From Hormiphora californensis (taxonomy: Eukaryota > Animalia > Ctenophora), in NCBI GenBank assembly GCA_020137815.1, contig CM035358.1, positions 1,612,001 to 1,676,000 of the forward strand: a DNA stretch of 64,000 bases, written 5' to 3'. Under the pieces are notes generated by a model. That model saw only the letters and a list, made by a program, of their open reading frames with translations. It did no database searches and was not told the origin of the DNA. This document shows, in pieces, positions 50,706-61,201 of this stretch (its first letter is position 1; each line of letters begins with the position of its first letter). Position numbers and translations under genes: made by a program.

Positions 50706-51794
50706 AGAAGTTCACAAATAGTTTATTTATGAAGATTGAAGCAATTTGAGGTTGTCTTGGGAATTGTCTTGTTTTCATTAAAACTGCGGCTGAGATCCCA
50801 TAAAAGTGTATACTCATGGTGCTCGAATGCACATTATGGCTTCACCTATCAAAGTTAGGACCGCATTTTGGTCCCAACTGAGAGTTAGGACAGCTTTTAC
50901 CTGTCCTAACTCTAGGGAGAGTTAGGACCAAAATCCTAGTGGTTGGGACCGGAGTTGGGACCGCAAATTAGAGAGTTGGGATCTTTTTTGATAGTTAGGA
51001 CCGCGGGAAAGGTAGTCACGTGGGGCATCACGCAATTAAAGTGTCGAATTACACAGCTGGGACCGGAGTTAGGACCGAAAGTTGGGACCGGTCCTAACTC
51101 TCTAAAAACGGTCCTAACTTTGGCCGTTCGTGAAAGCCACATTGCAAATTTTGGTCCTAACTACGCTGGGACCGGTCCTAACTTCGGTCCTAATTGTTTC
51201 GTGAAAGACCCCCTGGGGGTCTTTCACGAAACAATTAGGACCGAAGTTTTTCACATTCCAAATTTAAACACATATATCTGTGTTTTATACACACCCATAT
51301 ATAGGTGAGAGACCTGCCGCTTACAAAAACATTTGCTTCTCTACTCCACCAACTGTGCAAGAAGCACGATGTCCTGGAGTCCAATGGACACTGCTGGCGA
51401 GCATTATCTGATAAAAACACGGATACCCTACTAAGCACTAGGTATAATTCGGATAGGAGCTTTCAGTTATTTCGTTTGACGGTGTGAATATATAAGAGTG
51501 AAGAAGGTTGGCAAAGCTAAGTTCATCAACCCGGGATAATAAGTTATCTCCTCACTCATTTGCAGGTGTTGTTGTGGTAAATGGGAAGTAACTGGTGACC
51601 CATACCTCCCAGAGTTCCAACCACTCACCCAAACCACTTTGGGGTCGAGGAAAAGTCCTGAAACACGGACTGTCTTTGTAGAGAAAGATGCTGAGGTTTT
51701 TCATAATTTTGATACCGTGATTGATGTTTTTGACAAAACTTTTCAGATTTTTGACATCTTATTACAAAGTGAGGTTCCTTTTAATGTTGTGTAA
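48358..51794 (+). CDS. MKKS: McKusick-Kaufman/Bardet-Biedl 6 chaperonin-like protein
   Basis: Exons 48358-48426, 48535-49554, 49766-49909, 51305-51441 and 51566-51794. VDVVFSQKVVHHQIRQFLEERGVLVLDRLS resembles the MKKS apical domain; VVYGAECL and VLESNG also fit. Confidence 0.78.
49975..51213. mobile_element. Harbinger-like non-autonomous element with GGGGGTCTTTCACGAA TIRs, in an MKKS intron; carries a (CT)n tract
   Basis: TIRs at both ends, many internal AGTTAGGACC/GGTCCTAACT motifs, and an extra inverted TIR copy at 51215-51248. Confidence 0.75.
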
Positions 51795-51894
51795 ATTGTT
51801 TAATATTTTACGGGGTATTTATTTTCTTAAAATGTCTTGCCATCTGTATTTCTGATTAATTAACTAATTAATTAATTAATTAACTATTTATAGG
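51795..51894 (+). promoter_or_regulatory. 100-nt AT-rich intercistronic region ending in a probable trans-splice acceptor
   Basis: It lies between the MKKS stop and the RABEPK ATG and ends CTAAT...TTTATAG|G-ATG. There is no room for an upstream exon or a conventional promoter. Confidence 0.65.
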
Positions 51895-54004
51895 ATGGAA
51901 CTGTATCCCATATTAGAATGTAGGAACAAGTTGAATGATGGTCTGTGGTATGTCATCTCTCCTACATCTTCAGTACAGGTTGGTGTAGCCAGTTGGCTTC
52001 ACTGGTTAGAGCCTCCTAGACGTCTCCCATCAGATCCAATAGAACTGTAATAAAGGGGGTTTGAAACTGGTACCACTGGTATCCCCTCCTTGCAGATTTA
52101 ATATTACCCAAATAACTCCTGCACCCCCTGTTAATCCCTCCGTCCATTCCTAGATTGGTGGTGGTGTGGGCAGCAAGTTGTCTGCTAGAGATAGCGATGT
52201 ATATGTAACATGTGGAGCACAGCCCGACCAGTCATTCGGTACCGTTTATCATCTTAGTTTAGGTGAGTTGGTTAATTCAGCAATCAGCTTGTTTAGTTTT
52301 ACTCAGCGTTTGACCCTCTCCTTCCCACATGAAAAGAAGCCGGCACTCAATTAAACAATCTTGAAACTGTTAACGATATTCTTCCTCTTCAGATTCATTT
52401 CGGTTACGTCGTTTAGAGGGAGAGTTCTCGCCCCGTTACGAACACGCAGCAGCACTGCACAGCACACAGCTGGTTGTATTCGGTGGGGCCGATTCAGCAG
52501 GAAATAGAAACGATATCCAGGCTATAGATACAGGTACAGGGACAATTTTTATACAAGTCTAGATTCTAGAACAGTGGAATTTGCCTTGTTCGACCCTCTC
52601 TAAAAAGGGTTTTAACAAAACAAAGGTCTGGTACAGCAGCTGTACTACAACAGCTCCAAGATACCTCTAATAACACATTACTCTGCAGCTACCGGCAAGT
52701 TGCTCGAGGTGGCTGAGGAGGGAAAGGTATGTCCAGTATCTCCCAGGACAATTCACAATACAGGACACACAGAGGGGAGAGTGTGGGTTTGGGGAGGGGG
52801 AGAGAATGGTGCTGATCCAGTTGCTGATACAAGACTGTACTCGCTCAACTTAGGTAAACCACCTAACATATAACATGCCATTGTATCGATTATATCCCGT
52901 ATTATGTTTAGTGTCTAAACACTTTCATTGGATTTTAATGATTCCTACTACCCCCAGAAACTCGAGAATGGGAGAGCTGGGAGAGTTCAGGTGATGTTCC
53001 ATCCCCCCGACACGGACATGTTGTAGCATGCTCTGACAACAAGATCTTTGTACATGGGGGAATGTCCGGGCCACAGGTTGGAACTGTTTGATATATTTTC
53101 TATCTGTCATTTACCTGTCCCTAGTTGGAAATCTAGTTGATGCTATTACCCGCACAACTTTTACCAGCATCGCCATAACATAAACCTCTCTTTCTCCTCT
53201 AGGTGTTTGGTGACCTCTACTCGGCCGATCTTCCATCAAGTAGCTCAGGACAACCCGTACAATGGCAGAAACTGGAGGGAGGGACGAGGCAGCCAGTAGC
53301 ACGTGCGGCACATAGCTCTGCAGTCCATGGGAAGCATGTGTACATGTTCGGGGGGTTCACTGGGGAGCAAGTGCTGGATGATCTGTGGAGGCTGGATACA
53401 GGTATGTTGTTGCAGCTCTAGGGTTGTCGGATCAAGCCCGGCATTCGCCTATACGTTTTCTAATTTTCCGCTCTATTTAATCCTCATTCATGAGATCCCT
53501 CTATACTAGGGTGCTATGCTTTTTGTTACCAACTGATCACTTGACTGCTTTGTTTAACACGGCCTGTTTCAGATGTTGGATTGTGGGTTGAGGTGGCACT
53601 ATCGGAACCCCGACCACACCCTCGACTGGACCAAACCATCTGTATAGCACGCCTCCCCTACTCAGACAATATTGCAGGTACTAATTCCTACTTGCCTTGC
53701 TCGCCCCTGTTTTCAGAACTAATTCCTACCAGTCTAATCACATTTCTCAACAGTCTCAACGCCTCCATATCTAACCCCCTCCTTCCCCTCTACAGAGACA
53801 GCGCCCACTCCTACCGCCACTACAGCTCCCCCAACCATACAAGACATAACAGGACTGCTCCACGAGGCAGCTGATAGCCCCCAGGATGGGGACATTGAGG
53901 TGGAGTTGCCCGAGATTTCAGGGTTCCAGGATGTGCTGGTCTTGTTCGGTGGAATGGACACTCAGGGAAATATTTTTAATGATATGTACGCTGTGAATAT
54001 CTGA
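51895..54004 (+). CDS. RABEPK: Rab9 effector protein with kelch motifs (p40)
   Basis: MELYPILE...WYVI, GAQPDQSFGTVY, PRYEHAA..VVFGGADSAGNRNDIQ, VWVWGGGENGADPVAD, PSPRHGH..IFVHGGMSG, ARAAHSS..VYMFGG, PHPRLD and LFGGMDTQGNIFND across GT-AG exons. Confidence 0.88.
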
Positions 54005-55100
54005 GCTGTCAGGGCATTGGCATGATAGTATCTGAGTGTTTTTGGGAGATGTTCAGTTGAAAAATAGACGGTTTATATCCTTGTCAAAGAGGAATTGAAT
54101 CTGCTGGCTAATAATTTGAAACTGAAAGAATGAACCTCAAGGAAGCGAAACTGTTTTGGTGACTGGGATCGAGAGACTGACCGTACCCGTGAAAATATGA
54201 TCATAAATATTGTGAGAGGTATTCTTTATTCTTTCCACACACCAAAGCAATTTTGTTGTTAGTTAGATCAAAATGGGGTCCCGGGAATGGGACAAATTTC
54301 CCACGCCACACATGTGCGCGCACATTTCCGCGCAGCTTTCCCCAAATTTAATGATTTGGCGGCGCCACCCGCCGCCTTGGACATTCCTGCTACAGCTTCA
54401 ACACTTCACAATTCAAATTTGCAGTAGCATTTTAATTTCTCCCACGAGTAAATTAGCAAATGACAAATATTTGTTAATTTACTCGCAGGAGAAATTAATG
54501 CGCTTCAGCTCAGTAGATTATCAAGCGGCTGTCATTGTAGCTGTTCTGGCCATGTATAATAATAGTCTACTACATATCGCAATATCGCATAGACGTGGTG
54601 AGAAACAGAGAGAGAAAGAGACTGACATGGAGAACAGAGAGCGACAGAGAGATAGAGAGAGACCGACATGGAGAAACAGAGATAGATAGAGAGAAAGACT
54701 GGTATGGAGAAATAGAGATAGATAGAGAGACACCGAGATGGAGAAACAGAGAGAGAGAGAGAGAGAGATAGATTATGATTTGATGAGAACCCCCTATCAT
54801 GACAGCAGGTAGGTGTGCGTGTATAATGCAGCATGTCAAATCAAGTCATGCAATCCCCCGGATTAGGACACCAATGATATTATTGCCGAGAGTATTTTGA
54901 AACAATATCGCCATGACACACACACTAGACACAGTAGCTCATTTTCAAATGATCTTGGAATTTGTATTTTGTTTAGCAGAGCTGATAGAACTGATATTAA
55001 ATATCAGTTGTCAGTGAGATCACTCTTTAATCAGTAATCACTGAATCATACTGTATCAAGGATATATTCAGTGGTATTCAGTGGTATCAGTGGTATTAAG

Positions 55101-58100
55101 ATGGATCGTAGTAACAGTAGTTCCTCCTCCTCCCCCTCCATACAACTACAAGGTGAGTTGTTGCACGCTACTGCAATCTGCATGTGTAGTTGATATGGTT
55201 GATAATTGATATGGTTGATGTACAGGGTGTTCATTTTGGATCTTTACAAGCGTTGGCCTTCACCCAGAAAAAAGTTGACAAGATCAGGTCATGAAACTTC
55301 ATACTTGGACTATTCTATACCCTCATTCAAGGTTCCTGGGGGTTTTGGAGCTCTAGCACCCCGGGAAGTGTGTTTTTGGCATCACAACTACCAGAAGGAA
55401 TTTTTTGCTGGTGCTGAGACTTTGCTAAAATGTTTTTTGGGTATTTTCTATGTCAATCCTAAAGTTTCATAGAGATTGGATGTGTTTTTCAGACTCAAAA
55501 TTGCGATAGAAGTGGCTGGAAAGGCTCGAAAACAGCTCAAAAACGGCTAAAATTGAGTCTTTCCAGCCACTTTTTACGAAATTTTGAGTCTGAAAAACAC
55601 ATCCAATATCTATGAAACTTTAGGATTGACATAGAAAATACCCAAAAATCATTTTAGCAAAGTCTCAGCACCAGCAAAAAATTCCTTCTGGTAGTTTTGA
55701 TGCCAAAAACACACTTCCCAGGGTCCTAAAGCTCCAAAACCCCCAGGAACCTTGAATGAGGGTATAGAATAGTCCAAGTATGAAGTTTCATGACCTAATC
55801 TTGTCAACTTTTTTCTGGGTGAAGCCCAACGCTTGTAAAGATCCAAAATGAACACCCTGTACATGTGAGGCAGACATACAGAAGTCTCTAGATGCGGTAT
55901 CATCTTGTTGAGGTTAACAAGTATCATCATATTCGTAGTTAGAGTGGGGGTGGGAGAGAAGTAGAATATACAGATGGAACTACTAGAACAACTATAGATG
56001 GGAGAGTTAGTACAATTCCGCAGTTCCCACAACATGTGTGTGTTATGTTAAACATCTCCTAACAAGCAAGCTCTTGGGCTAGCGATAGAGGTCACAGAGA
56101 GAGAGGGGGGAGAAAGTTAGAGAAATTAAACAGAGAAAGAATGAGAGAGAGAACTTTTTAGCGCTCTTCACTTGGTCGTATTATAGCTTGCACGGTCTTT
56201 CTTGTTATAAGACTCCGATTTGATTTGCGTATGTGAAAAATATGCGTTTAATAGTCGAAGCTCTCTTAGTTGCCTTGATATAGTCCATATAACTGCTTAA
56301 TCCAAAAACTACTTGTTAAATGCATGAAGGTTAAATTGTTGAATTTGAAGCGGAAGAGAAATATAGCAGTAGTAGGGAGAGTGTTGGACGAGTAATGTGA
56401 TATATTCGTTACCTAGGTAACCATTCTACCTCTTTCTCACCTCCCTTGCTTTCTATCCCTCTCTATTTTGGTTTCTTGTTTCATTTTAGTATGTATTTTC
56501 GTCGCTTAGGGTGCGAATTTTAAACCATTTTTGTGACATGAAGCACTGAGACAGTTATTTTCTTGATTTCGTGAAACAGTCTTACTTTTATGGAACCGCA
56601 TTTTTATGTCTTAGATGTCATTTTGCGAAACCTTTGAATAGAGAGAAAAAAGTAAAAAGAAAAAACCATGATATACTGGTAAGAGATGGAGCAAAAATAA
56701 CTATAGGGAGGGGGAAGCAATCATAGAGTGGGTGCTTGTAAAGCAATTAGTCAAGCATGGCTAGTAGCTCTGCAGGGTGGTTGAGTAAGGGAGCAGCTCT
56801 GAGTGGTTTTATTGCTTTCTTCCTCTCATCTGCAGGGCCTTCATTAGCTTCTTATTTCTTAGCCTTGTAACTTGTTGTGCGCCGGGTGAATCGTTCAATT
56901 GAGTATTCGAATGAGACACAATGTGTCACAAATTGCCAGGCAATAATACATACTCCTTTGATCCTTGTTATACTTATGGATTGATTTGTATTACACATTT
57001 TGTAATAAATGTTAACATTGTTACTCTATCGAATAGTAATACCCCTTGCTCCAAGGTACAATGAGTAGACCAACTACGGCGGGGACGGCGCTGACAAGTG
57101 CCACAGGGGGATATATCAGTGATAGGAGCATGGCTTACAGCGTTATCAGTAATCAGTTTCCCACAACTGGAGAGGTTTGTTTTTTAAATTTTCATTATTC
57201 AGTAAACAGCTGTGCTTTTCAGTAATAAATTAATGCGAATTAATTCCAGCATATTTTGTCACCAGAGCATCAAAGGACACATGTGTACACATGCTAATGT
57301 TTCCAAAATTGTAACCATGGACTATCGCCTTACGCCTATCCAGTGGATAGGCGTAAGGCGATAGTATCCACTGCAGCTGCAGTATAATGCAGCCATTTCA
57401 ATCGTCTTCGTGTTATTCCTTTCTTGTTTGTCCTACCTGTTGTATCCCATCTGTGTAGCCTTCTTAACGTACTTACACATCTAGCATCAGGTATTATTGT
57501 TGCCAAAAGTGAATGCAAGGAAGTCAATACATTTCTCTAAAAACTTGGCCGGACCCAAGATAATGGCGGTCCGTGAAACTGCCCAATGGTTAACCAGGTA
57601 TGTTACAGTTACAAGAATTGACAAAGTTTCTAGTTGAACTAGGATTCCTTTGAATCTTGAGTCAAACGCCTTGACATGACTCAGAACTCTTTATTCTTGA
57701 CTCTTGATATGATGTTCTGAATAAAGAGATATGAGCAAGAATTAAATAGGGAAGAAAATCAAAAAATACTTGAATGATGATTTGGAATTTATCCCAATAT
57801 GTTCTCGCAGCATCAATAACCGAATGTCTGACGATCTTGGGAGGGAGCACAAGAAGTTGGATGATTCATATCTCAAGTGGTACAGAAAACATTTCAATGA
57901 GGTATTAATAGTAGAGTTTCAATTACATGAACTAAAATCCTGCTCCCTCTTTCCACTTTATAGTTTATTATCTGTTTGTTACATGTGTGTAACTATTACT
58001 CCCCTACCACATCTCCTCACTTCGTTCCCTTCATATGTGAATTCCCTGACCCCTTCATTCTAGCTTCCTATCACCTCCCTGACCCACAGAAGAAAGATGT

Positions 58101-58654
58101 GTTGGCTAAAGTTAGTACCCTGCTGAACACCGCCCGCCAAGAGAAGGTACAGCGATGTAGGTCGTATCAGTCGTGTTACTCTAACCCCTCGACCAGCGGC
58201 AGCAGAATGCGGAGGACCACTCACAACCGGTCGTCAGCAACAAACTTCTTCGCAACTCAACTTCCCGACGTGGAAACGGTGAATAGTGGTGCAGCAGCAG
58301 ACCTACCAGCAGCAGCGTCAGGGGTAGGCGTATTGATCTTAATAGCATGTACCTACCTGATATATATATTGTTTCCTTCAAAAACCGGGAGCACCTGTCA
58401 TACCCTTAATTTTCCTTTAAAAAACCATTGATTAATTTTAAATAATATTTGATAATTTGACTACCATTCCTTGTTTCTCACATCTACTGCCCAGTTGCTT
58501 TCAGGAACCAGTAGACGACCAGGGAACCGCAGAAAACACCACCACACCACCTACCGGCCAAGATGGGGAGCAGCAAGGTGAGAGGAGGAGTGTAGCTTCA
58601 GATAAAGTTTCCAGTCCACAGAAAGTGAAAATAATTACCCCGCATCCGGTCTAG
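55101..58654 (+). CDS. Uncharacterised multi-exon protein with no recognisable domain
   Basis: Phase-consistent exons 55101-55152, 57056-57174, about 57266-57310, about 57485-57597, 57811-57901, about 58090-58323 and 58505-58654 form one open frame, MDRSNSS...KIITPHPV*. Confidence 0.6.
55223..55859. mobile_element. Foldback Tc1/mariner-like MITE, an almost perfect 637-bp palindrome with TA TSD
   Basis: TA|CAGGGTGTTCATTTTGGA ... TCCAAAATGAACACCCTG|TA. The CAGGGTGT terminus is shared with 32413-33946. Confidence 0.9.
57321..57365. repeat. Perfect 22+1+22 palindrome in an intron
   Basis: ACTATCGCCTTACGCCTATCCA-G-TGGATAGGCGTAAGGCGATAGT. Confidence 0.85.
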
Positions 58655-58933
58655 ATCTCTGTCTAGAAGCTAGTTCATCACGTACTATGAATTATGAAAA
58701 TAACTTTATCCGTGTACTGCTGAGTGCTGAAACAAATGAACTTCAGGAGACTGTGTCACGTCAGAAAAAAAAACATTATAATTTGAATTAATTTGAATTA
58801 TTATTAGAGGAGCCATTTATTATTATTATTATTAAATCTATATAATTTACACAATTTAATTGTATAAATAAGCCCCTTTTTTGTGGGCAAATACGGGTTA
58901 CCGATAGATATTAAAGTTCATTGAAGATACCCA

Positions 58934-59896
58934 TTATGAAAAGTCTATCACCCCCCTCCGTACCCGGAATTGGCCTCCAGGATTCGAGTCCCTCAACTCC
59001 TTCAACGTTTGGTGGAGTTCTCTCCTCTCACTTCTCTCTGCGAAGGACATATCCCTTGCAAGATATACACCGCAGTACGATTCTAACTGTTTTAGCTGCT
59101 TTGCCTTCTGGAGAAGGCTTAGCAGCATTTCCCTACTCTGTAGCTTCACAATCACTGGTCTCTCCCTTCCTCCCCGTTTCAAACCCACCCTTCTAGCTTC
59201 TATGGTCGGTTTCTCGCCTAGCTCAGCAAAAACATTTTCCACTTCACCCTTTAACACAGATTCAGTTTCATCCTCACATTCCGGTAGACCAAACACCATC
59301 AGATTTTTCGATCTGTCTGGGCCGGTATCAACTGGCTTGTGCGTGACCTTTTCCACGGCTTTCTGGATATTTTTCGATGCAAACGCAGTCTTACAATTCT
59401 GTGTGACGACTGCAGAGAAAGTACGCAAATCTTTCTGTACCGTCTCGGTAACTCGATTCAGTTGCTCGCCCTGAAGCTCAATAACCTGCTCTTGTAACTT
59501 GACAGTTCTTCTCAAAAGATCATCACACTCCACTTTCAACTTCTCCTCCTGCTCCTGCAACTCGAGAGATTTTCTCAACAGTTCATCTCGCTCCTCTTTG
59601 AGTTCATCTCGCTCCTCTTTGAGTACCATCTCAGGGGATTTCTCGGCAAAGATATGACGCTCAAAGTGTTTTAGAACAATAAACGTTGCAAAGCTCATTT
59701 CTTCAATCAGTTGCTTTAGCTCATATTTCGTGTGTACAGAGTTGATTTTAACTGATGACGGTATTTCAGCATCGTTGAAATCTGGACTGCTCCTGCACTT
59801 TTTTAAGACATTGCCAGCGACAGAGCTCTCTCCACTTTTGGCCAGCGTCAGAATCCGTCTTACAGCAAAGTCCAATTCTCGTTGTTCGTCTGCCAT
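58934..59896 (-). CDS. Intronless LINE ORF1p-like protein (coiled coil + RRM-like + C-terminal domain)
   Basis: A heptad-rich LKEERDEL region is followed by DRSKNLMVFGLPE...RRVG...RPVIVKL...VYLARDMS..ER, the pattern typical of non-LTR ORF1 proteins of the L1/CR1/L2 type. Confidence 0.8.
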   Translation of the reverse strand: MADEQRELDFAVRRILTLAKSGESSVAGNVLKKCRSSPDFNDAEIPSSVKINSVHTKYELKQLIEEMSFATFIVLKHFERHIFAEKSPEMVLKEERDELKEERDELLRKSLELQEQEEKLKVECDDLLRRTVKLQEQVIELQGEQLNRVTETVQKDLRTFSAVVTQNCKTAFASKNIQKAVEKVTHKPVDTGPDRSKNLMVFGLPECEDETESVLKGEVENVFAELGEKPTIEARRVGLKRGGRERPVIVKLQSREMLLSLLQKAKQLKQLESYCGVYLARDMSFAERSERRELHQTLKELRDSNPGGQFRVRRGVIDFS

Positions 59897-59945
59897 TATC
59901 TTACGTTCTGCCCTTTGGGGCCGTTACATCGCCATGTTGCTGAAA

Positions 59946-59988
59946 CTCAAATTAATTTGTTTAAAGTAGTGTTGAAAAGTTTGAAACT
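59946..59988 (-). other. Genomic copy of the spliced-leader exon (43 nt)
   Basis: Minus strand AGTTTCAAACTTTTCAACACTACTTTAAACAAATTAATTTGAG. It matches the cydippid ctenophore SL as I recall it. It is not followed by a GT donor, so it is not an SL RNA gene. Confidence 0.85.
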
Positions 59989-60223
59989 ATTAGAGGAGCC
60001 AGAGGGATGTGTTGCTGAAGTGTTATACAATACAAAATATAAATTTATAATCCGCTTTTCAACTGTCCGTATTTACGGCACAGCACAAGTTCTGCTGCTG
60101 GAAGGAAAAAGATTCATCGCTTGGCGTCTCCTCTGAAATCCTCAGCAGCCCTCGCTCCAAAAGCGGCTAGCTTTATAACAAGATTATGAAGTAATAGTTT
60201 ATGTAGGAGGCATTTATATAGCT

Positions 60224-61168
60224 CTATCCTACGTGGATTATATTGTTTTTGATGTAGTACTTTCCGCCCGGGTCCTCTAAGCGGAGCTTTTTCAAGGTAT
60301 TTATGAGGGCTTTTCGCTCCTTAATTTGGATCGGTGTTAGATCTGGTGACAAGTAAACAGTTGCGAAATGTTCCGAGGTCTTGAGCTGTCGCGACTTTTT
60401 CAGCAGCGCCATAAGTGTCGCTCGTCTTTCAAATGAAACCAAAAGTGGTCGAGGGCCCTTCTCGTTTTTCTCGCCGATACGTTTCATCGAATTAACTTTC
60501 GGTTTTTCGTTCAGCTCAGCAAACAAACCATCGACACTGGTCTTGGTCAGGCGGTCAGTTGTTTCAGGAATACCGAAAATAACAAGGTTTTTATCCCTCT
60601 CTGACAATGGTGCGTGAGTTGGTTCTTGAGAAGATTTTCTCACCACTGGCGAGACTGCAGCACAGTTTTGAGCAAGTACAGTAGAGTAAGCTTTCACCTT
60701 CTGCACTGAAGTTGTCATTGAACTGAGTTGCTCCTGTTGGTTGTTAATCAAGTTTTGTTGCAGCTCGATCACTGTAACACGGTGGCGGTCAAGTTCTTCC
60801 TTACACTTACTCAACTGGTCTTCTACTTTCCTCGTACTACTAACCTCATCAAGGCTAAACATTGAACACCTCAAAAGTTTCACACCGGACAGAAATGTTT
60901 TACACGTAGTGTCAATAATTTCCTCTTTAGATAAAGTCTTGAGAATTCGTCTAAAGTGAGAACATATATCGTCACCAGGTGAACCAAGTTTTGACTCAGG
61001 GAATTGTTTGATAAAGTTGTAGCTATTCGTTACTTTTTGTGGTTCAAAAGTTATCTCTTCCGAGGTATCCTCGTAATCCATTCTCATAATTTCCATAACA
61101 TGGTCGTTCACTGCTTTTATCAATCGTTCTCTCGTAGGGTTATCGCCCTCGTTGTCTTTCGTTCCCAT
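60224..61168 (-). CDS. Second, divergent intronless LINE ORF1p-like protein (copy B)
   Basis: ERDKNLVIFGIPE...LFAELNEKP...KRIG...RPLLVSF...VYLSPDLT..ER...PGGKY is homologous to copy A in the C-terminal half. ATG at 61168. Confidence 0.8.
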   Translation of the reverse strand: MGTKDNEGDNPTRERLIKAVNDHVMEIMRMDYEDTSEEITFEPQKVTNSYNFIKQFPESKLGSPGDDICSHFRRILKTLSKEEIIDTTCKTFLSGVKLLRCSMFSLDEVSSTRKVEDQLSKCKEELDRHRVTVIELQQNLINNQQEQLSSMTTSVQKVKAYSTVLAQNCAAVSPVVRKSSQEPTHAPLSERDKNLVIFGIPETTDRLTKTSVDGLFAELNEKPKVNSMKRIGEKNEKGPRPLLVSFERRATLMALLKKSRQLKTSEHFATVYLSPDLTPIQIKERKALINTLKKLRLEDPGGKYYIKNNIIHVG

Positions 61169-61174
61169 CACTAT

Positions 61175-61201
61175 CTCAAATTAATTTGTTTAAAGTAGTG
61201 T
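61175..61201 (-). other. 5'-truncated genomic spliced-leader copy (27 nt)
   Basis: Minus strand ACACTACTTTAAACAAATTAATTTGAG, identical to the 3' part of 59946-59988 and 6 nt upstream of the copy B ATG. Confidence 0.85.

Larger units (their letters stand above)
58802..60001 (-). mobile_element. Retroposed SL-capped, ORF1-only element (copy A) with a 14-bp TSD and (TAA)n tail
   Basis: TATTAGAGGAGCCA occurs at 58802-58815 and 59988-60001. Between these on the minus strand are the SL (59988-59946), a 49-nt UTR, an intact 320-aa ORF, a 3' UTR of about 100 nt and a (TAA)n tail at 58833-58816. Confidence 0.85.

Noticed and set aside
53420-53450. B-box-like GGATCAAGCCC suggesting a tRNA or SINE
   Set aside because: No A-box, cloverleaf or tail could be identified.
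59946-59988. SL RNA gene
   Set aside because: The leader is followed by TTTCAGC, not by a GT donor and SL intron, and it is fused to an ORF inside a TSD.
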